A stretch of DNA of 45,686 nt from a virus (taxonomy: Duplodnaviria; Heunggongvirae; Uroviricota; Caudoviricetes): the IMG/VR virus record IMGVR_UViG_2718217885_000013; one strand, written 5' to 3'. Under the pieces are notes generated by a model that saw nothing but the letters and a program-made list of their open reading frames with translations, was not told the DNA's origin and made no database searches. Below are positions 12,805-23,471 of the stretch, in pieces (position 1 is the stretch's first letter; every line of letters begins with the position of its first letter). Position numbers and translations under genes: made by a program.

Positions 12805-15362
12805 CGTCCACCTCCGGAGAACAGACCACCATCGCGCATCTGCCCGGTCACAACATCCATTGCCGCCTTACGGGCTACGTCATAAACAGCCTTCAGCGCC
12901 TGTGGCCCTATCTGCCCGTTCGTGCCGTCGTTGTTAATCACCACATGGTTATTCTGCTCAAACGTCCCGGACGCCTGCGACCGGCTGTCTGCCATGCTGC
13001 CCGGTGTACCGACATAACCGCCGGTGGCATAGCCGCGCATCAGCCGGTAAAGATTCCCCACGCCAATCCGGCTGGTTGCCTCCTTCGTGAAGACAAACTC
13101 ACCACGGTGAACAATCCCCGCTGGCTCATATTTGCCGCCGGTTCCCGTAAACCCTCCGGTTGCAAAATGGAATTTCGCCGCAGCGGCCTGAATGGCTGTA
13201 CCGCCTGACGCGGATGCGCCGCCACCAACAGCCCCGCCAATGGCGCTGCCGATACTCCCGACAATCCCCACCATTGCCTGCTTAAGCAGAATTTCTGTCA
13301 TCATGGACAGCACGGAACGGGTGAAGCTGCGCCAGTTCTGCTCACTGCCGGTCAGCATCGCCGCCATATTCTGTGCAATACCATCAAAGGTCTGCGTGGC
13401 TGCACTTTTTACCTGCGACATACTGTCCGTGGCGCTCTCTTCCCACTCACTCCAGCCGGACTTCAGGCCTGCCATCCAGTTCCCGCGAAGCTGGTCTTCA
13501 GCCGCCCAGGTCTTTTTCTGCTCTGACATGACGTTATTCAGCGCCAGCGGATTATCGCCATACTGTTCCTTCAGGCGCTGTTCTGTGGCTTCCCGTTCTG
13601 CCTGCCGGTCAGTCAGCCCCCGGCTTTTCGCATCAATGGCGGCCCGTTTTGCCCGTTGCTGCTGTGCGAATTTATCCGCCTGCTGCGCCAGCGCATTCAG
13701 GCGCTCCTGATACGTGACCTTATCGCCAAGTGCAGCCAGCTGGCGTTTGTACTCCAGCGTCTCATCTTTATGCGCCAGCAGGGATTTCTCCTGTGCGGAC
13801 AGCTGGCGACGTTGTGCCGCCTCCTCCAGTACCGCGAACTGACTCTCCGCCTTCCACAAATCCCGGCGCTGCTGGCTGATTTTCTCATTTGCTCCGGCAT
13901 GCTTCTCCAGCGTCCGGAGTTCAGCCTGAAGCGTCAGCAGGGCAGCATGAGCACTGTCTTCCTGACGATCGCCCGCAGACACCTTCACGCCGGACTGTTT
14001 CGGCTTTTTCAGCGTCGCTTCATAATCCTTTTTCGCCGCCGCCATCAGCGTGTTGTAATCTGCCTGCAGGATTTTCCCGTCTTTCAGTGCCTTGTTCAGT
14101 TCTTCCTGACGGGCGGTATATTTCTCCAGCGGCGTCTGCAGCCGTTCGTAAGCCTTCTGCGCCTCTTCGGTATATTTCAGCCGTGACGCTTCGGTATCGC
14201 TCTGCTGCTGCGCATTTTTGTCCTGTTGAGTCTGCTGCTCAGCCTTCTTTCGGGCGGCTTCAAGCGCAAGACGGGCCTTTTCACGATCATCCCAGTAACG
14301 CGCCCGCGCTTCATCGTTAACAAAATAATCATCCTTGCGCAGATTCCAGATGTCGTCTGCTTTCTTAAACGCAGCCTCTGCCTTAATCAGCATCTCCTGC
14401 GCGGTATCAGGACGACCAATATCCAGCACCGCATCCCACATGGATTTGAATGCCCGCGCTGTCCTGTCTGCCCAGGTCTCCAGCGTGCCCATGTTCTCTT
14501 TCAGGCGGCGGGTCTGGTCATCAAACCCTTTCGTTGCGGCCTCGTTCGCCGCCTGCAATGCCCCGGCTTCATCGCCGGAACGCTGCAACTGAGCAACATA
14601 CGCAATCTGCTCCGCCGTCACGTTATGGAACTGGCGTGCCATCGCCGTCAGCCCCGACGTCGGGTCTGTGGTCAGCTTCCCGAAGGCTTCAGCGACCTTG
14701 TCCACCTCCACGCCGGATGCAGAGGAGAAACGCGCCACACTCTGGCTGATGGACGCAATCTGAGCCTCACCGCTTACCCCCGCCTTAACCAGTGCGCTGA
14801 GTGACTCGCTGGTCTGGTTAAACGTCAGCCCTGCCGCCTGCCCGGCTCTGGACAGGACCAGCATACGATCTGCCGTCAGTCCCGCCTGATTGCCGGAAAG
14901 GACCAGCGTTTTGTTGAAATCGGACAGGGTTGAGTTGCCCTGATACCAGGCATACGCCAGCGCACCGGTCGCCACCGCCAGCGAGGTGGCCCCCACCATC
15001 GGCAGGGTGATCGCACCGGCAAGCCCCCTGAACATGGGGATCATCCCGCCGAAGGAGTCCTTCACCTGCCCCCCCTGTTGCAGCAGGATCAGCCACGGAC
15101 TTTGCCCGCCTGCAAGCTGCGTGGCCACGTCGGTGAACTGTGCAGGCAGCATACGCATGGCGGCTTTATACTGCCCGACGGAAATCCCCGCTTTCTGTGC
15201 AGCCAGCGCCTGTCGGCTCAGCGACTGTTCAACGACTGCCGCTGTTTTTTTCGCATCACTTTCCGTACCGGAAAAATGACGCCTGACTCTGGCCATCTGC
15301 TCGTCAAATCTGGCCGCATCCAGACTCAAATCAACGACCAGATCGCCTACCGGTTCAGCCAT
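12801..15362 (-). CDS. H: Tail tape measure protein H
   Basis: 853 aa, the same length as lambda H; coiled-coil-rich; canonical position. Confidence 0.9.
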   Translation of the reverse strand: MAEPVGDLVVDLSLDAARFDEQMARVRRHFSGTESDAKKTAAVVEQSLSRQALAAQKAGISVGQYKAAMRMLPAQFTDVATQLAGGQSPWLILLQQGGQVKDSFGGMIPMFRGLAGAITLPMVGATSLAVATGALAYAWYQGNSTLSDFNKTLVLSGNQAGLTADRMLVLSRAGQAAGLTFNQTSESLSALVKAGVSGEAQIASISQSVARFSSASGVEVDKVAEAFGKLTTDPTSGLTAMARQFHNVTAEQIAYVAQLQRSGDEAGALQAANEAATKGFDDQTRRLKENMGTLETWADRTARAFKSMWDAVLDIGRPDTAQEMLIKAEAAFKKADDIWNLRKDDYFVNDEARARYWDDREKARLALEAARKKAEQQTQQDKNAQQQSDTEASRLKYTEEAQKAYERLQTPLEKYTARQEELNKALKDGKILQADYNTLMAAAKKDYEATLKKPKQSGVKVSAGDRQEDSAHAALLTLQAELRTLEKHAGANEKISQQRRDLWKAESQFAVLEEAAQRRQLSAQEKSLLAHKDETLEYKRQLAALGDKVTYQERLNALAQQADKFAQQQRAKRAAIDAKSRGLTDRQAEREATEQRLKEQYGDNPLALNNVMSEQKKTWAAEDQLRGNWMAGLKSGWSEWEESATDSMSQVKSAATQTFDGIAQNMAAMLTGSEQNWRSFTRSVLSMMTEILLKQAMVGIVGSIGSAIGGAVGGGASASGGTAIQAAAAKFHFATGGFTGTGGKYEPAGIVHRGEFVFTKEATSRIGVGNLYRLMRGYATGGYVGTPGSMADSRSQASGTFEQNNHVVINNDGTNGQIGPQALKAVYDVARKAAMDVVTGQMRDGGLFSGGGR

Positions 15363-16193
15363 ACCGGACTCCTCCTGCGATCCCTTCTGATACTGTCATC
15401 AGCATTACGTCATCCTCCGTCATGTCCGCCACATCCGGGGAAGCGGGGATAACTTCATTCCCGTCCGGGCCAAAGCGGACACCTCCGGCAAGCCCTGCCG
15501 CTTTCTGCATCAGCACATCATCTTCAGGCTCTTCGTCAGCCTCGCGCCGGTTCAGCAGACTGAAATCCAGCGGATGCATATCCGGATCGCTGAAAAACAG
15601 GCTGAGCACGGTGTACGTCAGCCCGGAAAAGTGCATATCCAGCAGAACATCATGAAAATAATGGGTACTGTAAAAGCGGTGCCAGTCGGCATACTCCGTG
15701 GATGACATCCCGGCAAGCATGGCACGCCAGTCGGGTCGCCCCATCTCACGCGCCAGTTTCAGGGCAAAACTCAGCTCACCGTCGAACACTTTCCCGCAGA
15801 AACAGGCTCTGCGGGCCTGGCGTCCTCTGTCTGTTCAGGGGCATTATTCACAACAAACTCATACATACCAGACAGCCGGTACACCACGTTTTCAGCATGA
15901 GAAATTGCCTCCGTGGGCCAGGTGGTAAGCACTTCCTGCTCAATCTGTTTAACGGCTTCATTCATGGACGGCATCTGCGTCTTCTGCGGATGGTTATGCC
16001 ACAGGGACATCGCCACCAGAAACGCGCCGGTTCTGATGGCGTCTTCCACAGTAAACTTCCGGTTGCTGTCTGACTCCGCCTGTTCTGCCTGCCGTTTCAT
16101 CAGGGCGAGATGCTCAATACGCTGCAGGGCTGACAGTTCAGAAAGCGTGACGGTCACGCCGTTATGTTCAAATGATTCGGTTTTCAGGAACAT
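15355..16193 (-). CDS. GT: Tail assembly chaperone G-T fusion made by programmed -1 ribosomal frameshift
   Basis: T-frame ORF 15355-15789 overlaps the G 3' end; slippery heptamer G GGA AAG (plus-strand CTTTCCC at 15789-15795) lies in the overlap. Confidence 0.8.
15771..16193 (-). CDS. G: Tail assembly chaperone G
   Basis: 140 aa, lambda G-like (MFLKTESFEHNGVTVTLSELSALQRIEHLALMKRQ). Confidence 0.9.
   Translation of the reverse strand: MFLKTESFEHNGVTVTLSELSALQRIEHLALMKRQAEQAESDSNRKFTVEDAIRTGAFLVAMSLWHNHPQKTQMPSMNEAVKQIEQEVLTTWPTEAISHAENVVYRLSGMYEFVVNNAPEQTEDARPAEPVSAGKCSTVS
15789..15795 (-). other. Slippery heptamer GGGAAAG for the G to GT -1 frameshift
   Basis: Read directly in the G/T overlap; same heptamer as lambda. 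Confidence 0.8.
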
Positions 16194-16208
16194 CGCTGAC
16201 TCTCCGGA

Positions 16209-16949
16209 TTAACTGTCGGTGACAGTGATTTCTGCAACCGCAGCAAGTTCACCATTACCGGATACAACCGGAATGTTGACCTTACCTGCAGCAACGCCTT
16301 TCACGGTGATGGTCATACCACTGACCGACACGGTGGCTTTTGTTTTATCCGCTGACACCGCACGGAAGCTCTTGTCAGTTGCGCCCTCCGGCTGGAATGC
16401 CACGGTCAGCGTGGTGCTCTGCCCTTTCACCACCGAGGAGCTGGCAGGCGTCACAGTCATACCGGTTGCCGCCGTCACCGTACTGCGATCTTCTGCCATT
16501 GACGGACGGCCCACATTGGTGACCTTCACCGTACGGGTGATCACTTCCTTCGCCGTCACCGCCTTACCGATACTGCTGACCCAGCCACGGAACACATCGA
16601 CCGTGCCGTTCGGGAAGCGGATTTTATAGGCACGGGTATCACCTTCATTAAACCACGCCAGCAGCGCCTGCTGCCCCTGCTCTCCGGGCATCCACGCCAG
16701 CGTGAAGCTGGTATCTCCGGCGGATTTCTGCCCCTGCCCGGTCGCGGTCCAGTCCGCATCTTCATCATCGAGATAACTGTCGTCATAGGACTCAGCGGTC
16801 AGTTCGCCGGGCGTCAGGTCTTTAACTTTAGCCAGACGCGACCAGTCAACGTCTGAAAGCGGGTTCGCATAAGGGTCGCCGCTCCCGTTATAAACCCACA
16901 GGGTGGTCCCGGCACCTTTCACCGGTATTGCTGGATTTGGTACAGGCAT
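16209..16949 (-). CDS. V: Major tail tube protein V (with C-terminal Ig-like domain)
   Basis: Matches lambda V from MPVPNP onward; start set at the internal Met 10 codons inside the track ORF. Confidence 0.9.
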   Translation of the reverse strand: MPVPNPAIPVKGAGTTLWVYNGSGDPYANPLSDVDWSRLAKVKDLTPGELTAESYDDSYLDDEDADWTATGQGQKSAGDTSFTLAWMPGEQGQQALLAWFNEGDTRAYKIRFPNGTVDVFRGWVSSIGKAVTAKEVITRTVKVTNVGRPSMAEDRSTVTAATGMTVTPASSSVVKGQSTTLTVAFQPEGATDKSFRAVSADKTKATVSVSGMTITVKGVAAGKVNIPVVSGNGELAAVAEITVTDS

Positions 16950-16956
16950 ATCGTCC

Positions 16957-17352
16957 TCACATTTCATAGGTAATGACATAAGTCAGATCGGCAGAACTCC
17001 ACAGGCCCGCATCATCGTCGCGCCGGTAGTCATAGCCACTGGCCACCATACTGGTGAGCAAATCTGACAGTGCCGGGATATCGCTCATCACCGGATAAAT
17101 CCGGGACTCCATCCACGCATCCAGCTCTGAATCCGGTACCTGAGCAGGCAGGAAAACTTCGATATGCAGCTCCGCCTGCCAGGTATCGCTGTCCAGCTCT
17201 TCGCCCGTGTATTCAGCGCCGGTGAGATAAACGGCAACTGCCGGAAAATCCTCCTCATCAAAAACAGCGGGGCGACCATCAAAAAACGTCGCCCCGGTGT
17301 CATGCTTCTCCAGTGCATCCAGTACGGCTGCACGGAGTTCAGTATGTTTCAT
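16957..17352 (-). CDS. U: Tail terminator protein U
   Basis: 131 aa, lambda U-like. Confidence 0.9.
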   Translation of the reverse strand: MKHTELRAAVLDALEKHDTGATFFDGRPAVFDEEDFPAVAVYLTGAEYTGEELDSDTWQAELHIEVFLPAQVPDSELDAWMESRIYPVMSDIPALSDLLTSMVASGYDYRRDDDAGLWSSADLTYVITYEM

Positions 17353-17927
17353 CGCTTTATTACCATCCTCAGTTGATGCTGCAGCGCATAGCCCAGCTCT
17401 TTCGGAAGACGTTCACGCCGTATCCGCTCAATATTTTGTTTAAACGCCGTGGTCAGCGGCACCGCCATCGGGATTTTCACCACATCAATGGGGTAACGGT
17501 TTTTCCCGGCCACACGCTGCATGACATGCCACCGGCCATTTTTCAGTTGCTGAATAAACGCGCCGGGAATACGACGGTTTCCCACCACAAGCACGCTGCC
17601 GCCACCTTTCAGGGCTGAACGCTGCCCCTTTTTACGACGCCTGCGTCGGGACAGGACAATCCGCACGTTACCCAGCTTTATTACGGGCAAATCCCCCCGG
17701 TTAACCTTGATTCTGGCCTGCGGATTTTTGACCGTGGCCCTTTTCAGCCTGGCCCTTTCCTTTACCAGTTTCCGGCGTACCTTTGTCTCACGGGCAACCT
17801 GTGACGCCGACTGCGATATCGCGGATGAAGCAACGCGGTTAATGGCCATTGCGGCGGCACCGGGCACCGCCGTTTTGCTGATACGGCTGAGGTTTTCAAC
17901 GGCCTGCTCAAGACCCTGTATGGCCAT
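17349..17927 (-). CDS. Z: Tail completion protein Z
   Basis: Matches lambda Z from MAIQGLEQAVENL; start set at the internal Met. Confidence 0.85.
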   Translation of the reverse strand: MAIQGLEQAVENLSRISKTAVPGAAAMAINRVASSAISQSASQVARETKVRRKLVKERARLKRATVKNPQARIKVNRGDLPVIKLGNVRIVLSRRRRRKKGQRSALKGGGSVLVVGNRRIPGAFIQQLKNGRWHVMQRVAGKNRYPIDVVKIPMAVPLTTAFKQNIERIRRERLPKELGYALQHQLRMVIKR

Positions 17928-17938
17928 ACATCCCCCTT

Positions 17939-18292
17939 TCAGCGACGACGGCTGGCGGCAGGTGGTTGCCCCCGGTTGAGCCAGAGATAACAACTCCCTC
18001 CGTCATCCGGAGAAACACGGTCCACCCAGAACATCTCGCCGTTAATGGTCAGCGTGTCACCACGCCGTACAGCACAAACCGTATCCGTAAGCACAAATAA
18101 TGACGGGTTACTTCCTTCAATACGGATCCCACTACTGGCAAAACCCAGCGACTCCGGATCGTCAAAAACGCCATGAACCTCGCCGCCACGCTGTGCACCG
18201 GAGGTGAACTGCGCACTGATGCCCATCACTTCAACAATCGTACTGTCCACCCCGGCAAGGGCGGCATCAAAGGCATTCTGAAAATCACGCAT
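17939..18292 (-). CDS. FII: Head-tail joining protein FII
   Basis: 117 aa from MRDFQNAF; conserved C-terminal DRVSPDDGGSC...RRR as in lambda FII. Confidence 0.85.
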   Translation of the reverse strand: MRDFQNAFDAALAGVDSTIVEVMGISAQFTSGAQRGGEVHGVFDDPESLGFASSGIRIEGSNPSLFVLTDTVCAVRRGDTLTINGEMFWVDRVSPDDGGSCYLWLNRGQPPAASRRR

Positions 18293-18659
18293 AAACAGCC
18301 ATTCCACCATCAACGTGTGTTTTTGCATCTGAGGACATAATCAGAATCACCCGACCAACATCCGCAAGCTCAACGGATTCCCCCGTTTCACCATCAACGC
18401 CACAGAGATGGAGGCAGGTCAGAACTCTGATGCGCGTTAACGCGCCGGATGTTTCCTCACGAACATCATGAGCCGCGGTTTCCCGCTCCCGGATATCCAT
18501 ATTCATAACCTGTACATCATCGCCGGATGACTGCATTTCCTCTTCCCATTCTGCCACCCGCTGCGCTATCTCTGCGGCACTCCCGGATATATCCGGCTCA
18601 CGCCCCAGAATCAGGGCCAGTTCATCAAGCCGTTTCAGATTTTGCTCTTTCGTTGCCAT
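18285..18659 (-). CDS. FI: FI-like DNA packaging / head assembly protein
   Basis: Position between E and FII; start at MATKEQ preceded by an AGGGGG Shine-Dalgarno; sequence diverges from lambda FI. Confidence 0.65.
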   Translation of the reverse strand: MATKEQNLKRLDELALILGREPDISGSAAEIAQRVAEWEEEMQSSGDDVQVMNMDIRERETAAHDVREETSGALTRIRVLTCLHLCGVDGETGESVELADVGRVILIMSSDAKTHVDGGMAVYA

Positions 18660-18710
18660 ATCAGCCCCCTGTGAAAAAAGACACGGGGGCATTTCGCCCC
18701 CGCTCACGGA

Positions 18711-19739
18711 TTATTTCACCTGTACCACCACAAACTCATCCGGGTCCGGCAACACCATCAGCGGCGCGGACTGCGTCATGGTAAATTCACGGGCGGGATC
18801 CCCTACCGTCAGCCAGTGTTTCGGATAACGGGAAGATGCCACCACACCTTCGGACAACGCCTGAGCATCCTGAATGGCACCGTAACAACGGATCCCATCT
18901 GCAGCAGTATTCCCCAGAACCAGCATGCCATCTGGAAGATAACGTTTTTCGATACCGTCTTCTGCTATATAAGACGTTTTCGCCACCACAATGGCCAGAT
19001 CGCCGTAATACCCCTTGAAGGACACCACTGCGCCCAGATCTTTCACTGCCGTTTCGAGTTGAGAATTTGAACCGCGACGGGTATCCAGTTTTTCGCGGAA
19101 CAGCTTAAAACCATTCAGAAGACGCCAGACGGTACCGTCCATAATGGCAATATTCACAAGACCGCTGGCCTGGTCGCAGTAGAGGTCAATATCATGTGTA
19201 GGATCGAACGTGTCACGATCCTGTTTTGACCACTCCTTACCACTACCCTGAGTGATGTTATTCTTCGTCGACCTGCCAAAATCGACCTCAATTTTCTCGA
19301 ACTGGTCTCCTTCCATGGTGTATTTGCCATACAACACAGCATTTACCGCCTGCATTTCTTCCACCTGGACAATCGCGTGCTCTTCCTGTTTGAGGTTATC
19401 GGTAATGATACGCAGACGGCGGTAAGCCGGATCATTCAGTTGAGATGGATCTTCACCAGGAAGGCGCTCAACCGCCTGCTGGTAATTAAATTCGTGTTTC
19501 GGCTTGACGTAGCCCGGACGCAACACGCGGGTTTCACCACCACGATGACGCAGCACTTTTCCTTCAACAACCGGGGAGACATAGGCCGCCACCGGCGTTT
19601 TTCCGGTAATTTTGTCCAGCATCACCTCTTCGGTATGGAAATTCACCGTACGGCGGAAAAACAGCTCCAGAAACAGCGCACGAAATTTAACTTTTTGTTC
19701 GGTATAACCGAGTAACTGGCGGGTCGTAAACAATCCCAT
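18711..19739 (-). CDS. E: Major capsid protein E
   Basis: 342 aa; strong similarity to lambda E (PGYVKPKH, LDTRRGSNS, GDPAREFTM, SAPLM motifs). Confidence 0.95.
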   Translation of the reverse strand: MGLFTTRQLLGYTEQKVKFRALFLELFFRRTVNFHTEEVMLDKITGKTPVAAYVSPVVEGKVLRHRGGETRVLRPGYVKPKHEFNYQQAVERLPGEDPSQLNDPAYRRLRIITDNLKQEEHAIVQVEEMQAVNAVLYGKYTMEGDQFEKIEVDFGRSTKNNITQGSGKEWSKQDRDTFDPTHDIDLYCDQASGLVNIAIMDGTVWRLLNGFKLFREKLDTRRGSNSQLETAVKDLGAVVSFKGYYGDLAIVVAKTSYIAEDGIEKRYLPDGMLVLGNTAADGIRCYGAIQDAQALSEGVVASSRYPKHWLTVGDPAREFTMTQSAPLMVLPDPDEFVVVQVK

Positions 19740-19796
19740 AAATCAGTTCCTTTCATTCAGAAATCAGTCAGGCCACCGCGGTGGCCTGATAACGTG

Positions 19797-20144
19797 TTAC
19801 GGCAGCGCCGCGTGACTCAGGGCACTGCCAGCAAAGGCGTTGGCCTTTTTGTGTTCATCCACACTTTCAGGCCAGTGGATTGCCTCCGTCGCAAAGGTTC
19901 CCGACTTGTAATACGTCAGCGCCGTCTCTGTGCCGTCAATCGGCAGTACCAGTATGCCAACCGCACTACCGGCTTTCTGTCCGTCCCAGACCACCAGTTT
20001 CCCGGTGGCTTCATCCAGCATCAGGGGCGTCAGTGCCGGTGTTGGCGAGGAAATCCCGCTGCTGCCTGTGGCGGTATGAGCCGGATCATTACCGGCAAAA
20101 ATACGTACTTCCGCACGCTGTTCAGTGATGGTTTTCGTCACCAT
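19797..20144 (-). CDS. D: Head decoration protein D
   Basis: 115 aa; DPAHTAT, TPLMLD and YKSGTF motifs as in lambda D. Confidence 0.9.
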   Translation of the reverse strand: MVTKTITEQRAEVRIFAGNDPAHTATGSSGISSPTPALTPLMLDEATGKLVVWDGQKAGSAVGILVLPIDGTETALTYYKSGTFATEAIHWPESVDEHKKANAFAGSALSHAALP

Positions 20145-20180
20145 ATTGTAAAAACCTCCTATTGATGGTCAGCACTGGCT

Positions 20181-21686
20181 TCATGGCATGGCCATGAGCA
20201 TTTTCACGTCCGCATCACCATCTGCTGACGTCTGTGGCACGCCACCCTGTACCGCTGCCGGTGAATGGTTCGCCATGAAATGTTCAAACATGGCGGTTGT
20301 GGATGCAGAGACCGGTTCTGCCTTACCTGATCCCGCAGCCAGCACAGCCCGGGCGCTCTCCACAGTCATTCCCGGGCAGGCAGCCAGCTGTTCAGCCTGC
20401 ACCTCAGCCCCTTTTGCCTCATCCAGTGCCATGATCTGATCACGGAGTGATGGTCCGGCATCCGCCTGCGGTGAAGCAGCCAGGATCGGGCGGGCTTTTT
20501 CCACCGTCATCTCCGGCATCGCCGCCAGTGTTGCCGCCAGTTGTTCACGACCGTTCGCTTCTTCACACGCCATAATGCGATCGGCTTCACTCTGCGTGGA
20601 TGCCACCGGCTGCTGCGGTGCCGCCGCGGCCAGAATCGCCCGGGCCTGTTCAACGCTCATGCCCTGTTGTCCTGCCAGCATCGTGGCAAGCTGTTCACGT
20701 CCTTTCGCTTCCTGGCATGTCAGGATCCCCATCACTCGCTGGTTCTCCTGCGCGGCGGCTTCCGTTGCAGTTAATTGCGGCATAGTGCCTCCTCTGACAT
20801 TACTGTTCAGCGCCGTGGCCATCACACTGATGGCATCCGACGCATTGATTAATTCATCCGCCAGCCCGGCCTCAATGCCGGACTGACCTTCAAAAACGGC
20901 GGCCTCTGTTCCCGTGACTGCATCAACAGACAGACCGGTAAACATCGCCACTTTTTCGGCAAACATCCGGCGCGCCGCATCAATCCGCTGCTGCATGTCC
21001 TGGCGAACCTCTGCCGGCAACGCTTCAAACTGATTGCCATCCACCTTGTGCGCCCCTGAGTAAATCAGCGTGATATCCACACCGGCCTGCGCCAGATGAC
21101 CGGCATAGCTGACATGGCTCATCATCACGCCAATGGAACCGATACGGGATGTCTGGGTAACCAGCCGTCGGGAGCAGGCCGACGCCAGCAGCATGGCTGC
21201 AGAACAGGCCGTGTCATTGCACAGTGCCCAGACCGGCTTCTGCTGACGGAGGCGGTAAATCATGTCAGCGCAGTCAAACGCGCCGGCGGCCTGCCCGCCC
21301 GGACTGTCAATGTCCAGCAGTACGCCCCGCACCTGGCTATCCGCCATTGCCTGCTGAAGACAGGCGACAATACCGTCATAGCCTGTCATTCCGGAAAATG
21401 GCCGCATACCACCCAGCCGGTGCACCAGCGTGCCGGTCACCGGCAGTACAGCAATACCGTTCACCACCCTGTAAACACGGGCAGGTCGTTTACCTCCGGC
21501 CATGTACTCGTCCGTTTCAGCCAGCATTCCGGGAGCATCAAACTGTACCTGCTGTTGTGGTACCGAAAGACTTGCTGCCCCCATCTCGCGCCCGAGCGCG
21601 CAAAAGAAAACCCGCGCATAGGCGGGCTCCAGAAGCAGCGGTTCATTGAATGCTGCGGCAATAATGTGTGAAAGATTACGTCTCAC
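20181..21686 (-). CDS. C: Capsid assembly protease C (S49 family) with in-frame scaffold (Nu3-like) C-terminal part
   Basis: 501 aa, lambda C-like N-terminal protease domain; C-terminal region has three tandem repeats of roughly 48 aa. Confidence 0.9.
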   Translation of the reverse strand: MRRNLSHIIAAAFNEPLLLEPAYARVFFCALGREMGAASLSVPQQQVQFDAPGMLAETDEYMAGGKRPARVYRVVNGIAVLPVTGTLVHRLGGMRPFSGMTGYDGIVACLQQAMADSQVRGVLLDIDSPGGQAAGAFDCADMIYRLRQQKPVWALCNDTACSAAMLLASACSRRLVTQTSRIGSIGVMMSHVSYAGHLAQAGVDITLIYSGAHKVDGNQFEALPAEVRQDMQQRIDAARRMFAEKVAMFTGLSVDAVTGTEAAVFEGQSGIEAGLADELINASDAISVMATALNSNVRGGTMPQLTATEAAAQENQRVMGILTCQEAKGREQLATMLAGQQGMSVEQARAILAAAAPQQPVASTQSEADRIMACEEANGREQLAATLAAMPEMTVEKARPILAASPQADAGPSLRDQIMALDEAKGAEVQAEQLAACPGMTVESARAVLAAGSGKAEPVSASTTAMFEHFMANHSPAAVQGGVPQTSADGDADVKMLMAMP

Positions 21687-23268
21687 GTGGTGTTGTCTCC
21701 TCTTCCGGCCTGCGACTCTCCGCTATCTGCTGCTGATACGCCTGCGCTATCCACACCGGACGTGAGAGTCCGGCTTTTTGCCGCTCAGCAGATTCCCTGA
21801 CCTGCTGGCGGAAAATGTCCTGATAATCCTCGCCCATCAGCGCCAGCTCTTTCTCATACGTGCTCAGTCCGGCCTCAATGCGCATCACTGATTCCTGGAC
21901 TTCCTTGAGCCCGTCAATGGCCATTCTTCCGGCACCAATCCACTCTGCCCGTGACCAGGCTGATCGCGCCTGATAAAAATCAAAACGTGCCCGTGGCGGA
22001 CGAATAATCCCCCGAAGAAGTGCCTCTTCCAGCCAGCAGGAAAACATCTGCGTGGCCAGCCGGGCCGCAATAAATTTTCGCCGCCCCATAAAATAGCGCC
22101 ACGACTCATTGGCGGAGGCGCGGGCACTTGAGTAACTGACCTTCGAGTAATCACGGGACAACTGTTCGTAGGAAACGCCAAGACCGGCGGCGATATACCG
22201 CAGCAGCGCCTGTTCAAGCGCAGAAAATCCATTGTCTGAATCCTGCGCAGTCTGTAGTTTCAGATCATCACCAGGGAAAAGGTGCGGAATTTTGACACCG
22301 CCCAGTGTCACGTTATTCGTGTCATACCAGCTGGAGAACTTCTCCAGAATATTAATAAGCGGATTATCCTTCTGCTCCTGTGGCGCGCCGGCGATATATT
22401 CAAAGGCCTTTTCGGTATCAAGTTCACTTTCAATCGTCGCTGCATACATCGCCTTCACTATGGCCGACTGAAGCTGTGTTGCCTGCAGGGAATCGAGCAT
22501 CTTCAGCCGTTCCATGACGCTGTAAAACTGATTAGCCCCACGGGTCTGCCCGTCCTCCACCGGCTCGAAAATATGCAGCATGGCCGGACGCCCGGTGGGA
22601 AGTTCACGCGGGATCCGTTCCCATCGTCCACTACCAGAGAACGGAAAATCATCCTCACAGATATGGTACGCGACGGCACGGCCATATCGATCGACCTCCA
22701 CACCGGCCCGCAGAAAACGGTTCCCCATACCGTGTCCAGGCGTGTCCACCCGTTTCGGACTCACGGCTTTAAAACGCGTACGGAATAACTGCGTGGTTTC
22801 CGTATCCCAAACCGGCTGCACAAAGATTTCGCCGTTAAACGCATGAACGCCCACACCTTCACGGATAAATTCCGTGAACGTGCGTTTTCCTTCCACGTCG
22901 ATCTCGCCAAACATCCCTTCGGCGTATTCCGACCAGGCCGCCTCCACCTCATCGACAAAGCTTTTTGCTGCGGTCTCCCGCATCCCCAGCCAGCGCCAGT
23001 TCGGACGGTAGCTGATCAGAAACATATGCCCGACAATGTGATCCTTATGCAGAGCCACCGCATTAGCCGCTATTCCGTTATTGCGCACCAGATCATCTGC
23101 CCGGGCATTCCCCAGACGCAACGCGGGCAGCAGGGCCGCATCGGCACTCTGCGCCGGTGGCAACCACTCAGCCATTTGCCCGCCAAATCCTGCACCGCCC
23201 CCGTTGTAGCTGAGACTCTCACGAAGCGGAACGCCGTTCACATCAATCAGGACAGGCGTTCGTTTCAT
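21676..23268 (-). CDS. B: Portal protein B
   Basis: 530 aa, lambda B-like. Confidence 0.95.
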   Translation of the reverse strand: MKRTPVLIDVNGVPLRESLSYNGGGAGFGGQMAEWLPPAQSADAALLPALRLGNARADDLVRNNGIAANAVALHKDHIVGHMFLISYRPNWRWLGMRETAAKSFVDEVEAAWSEYAEGMFGEIDVEGKRTFTEFIREGVGVHAFNGEIFVQPVWDTETTQLFRTRFKAVSPKRVDTPGHGMGNRFLRAGVEVDRYGRAVAYHICEDDFPFSGSGRWERIPRELPTGRPAMLHIFEPVEDGQTRGANQFYSVMERLKMLDSLQATQLQSAIVKAMYAATIESELDTEKAFEYIAGAPQEQKDNPLINILEKFSSWYDTNNVTLGGVKIPHLFPGDDLKLQTAQDSDNGFSALEQALLRYIAAGLGVSYEQLSRDYSKVSYSSARASANESWRYFMGRRKFIAARLATQMFSCWLEEALLRGIIRPPRARFDFYQARSAWSRAEWIGAGRMAIDGLKEVQESVMRIEAGLSTYEKELALMGEDYQDIFRQQVRESAERQKAGLSRPVWIAQAYQQQIAESRRPEEETTPRET

Positions 23269-23471
23269 AACCTCACTCCCAGCGGACGACGGCGACGCCG
23301 GGTTGTCCCCAGTACCGACTCCGCATCATTGATCGCCCGGTTAAGCTCATCCAGAGAAGCCGCCGTATATTCAATTCTGCGACCATCTTTCTGGACAGAC
23401 ACCACCCGTTTACCGGTTAATAAATCAAGGCGCGCCTGACGCAGCGCCTGCAGTTCAGCGACTGTAACCAT
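23265..23471 (-). CDS. W: Head-tail connector protein W
   Basis: 68 aa; LTGKRVVSVQKDGRR resembles lambda W. Confidence 0.9.
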   Translation of the reverse strand: MVTVAELQALRQARLDLLTGKRVVSVQKDGRRIEYTAASLDELNRAINDAESVLGTTRRRRRPLGVRL

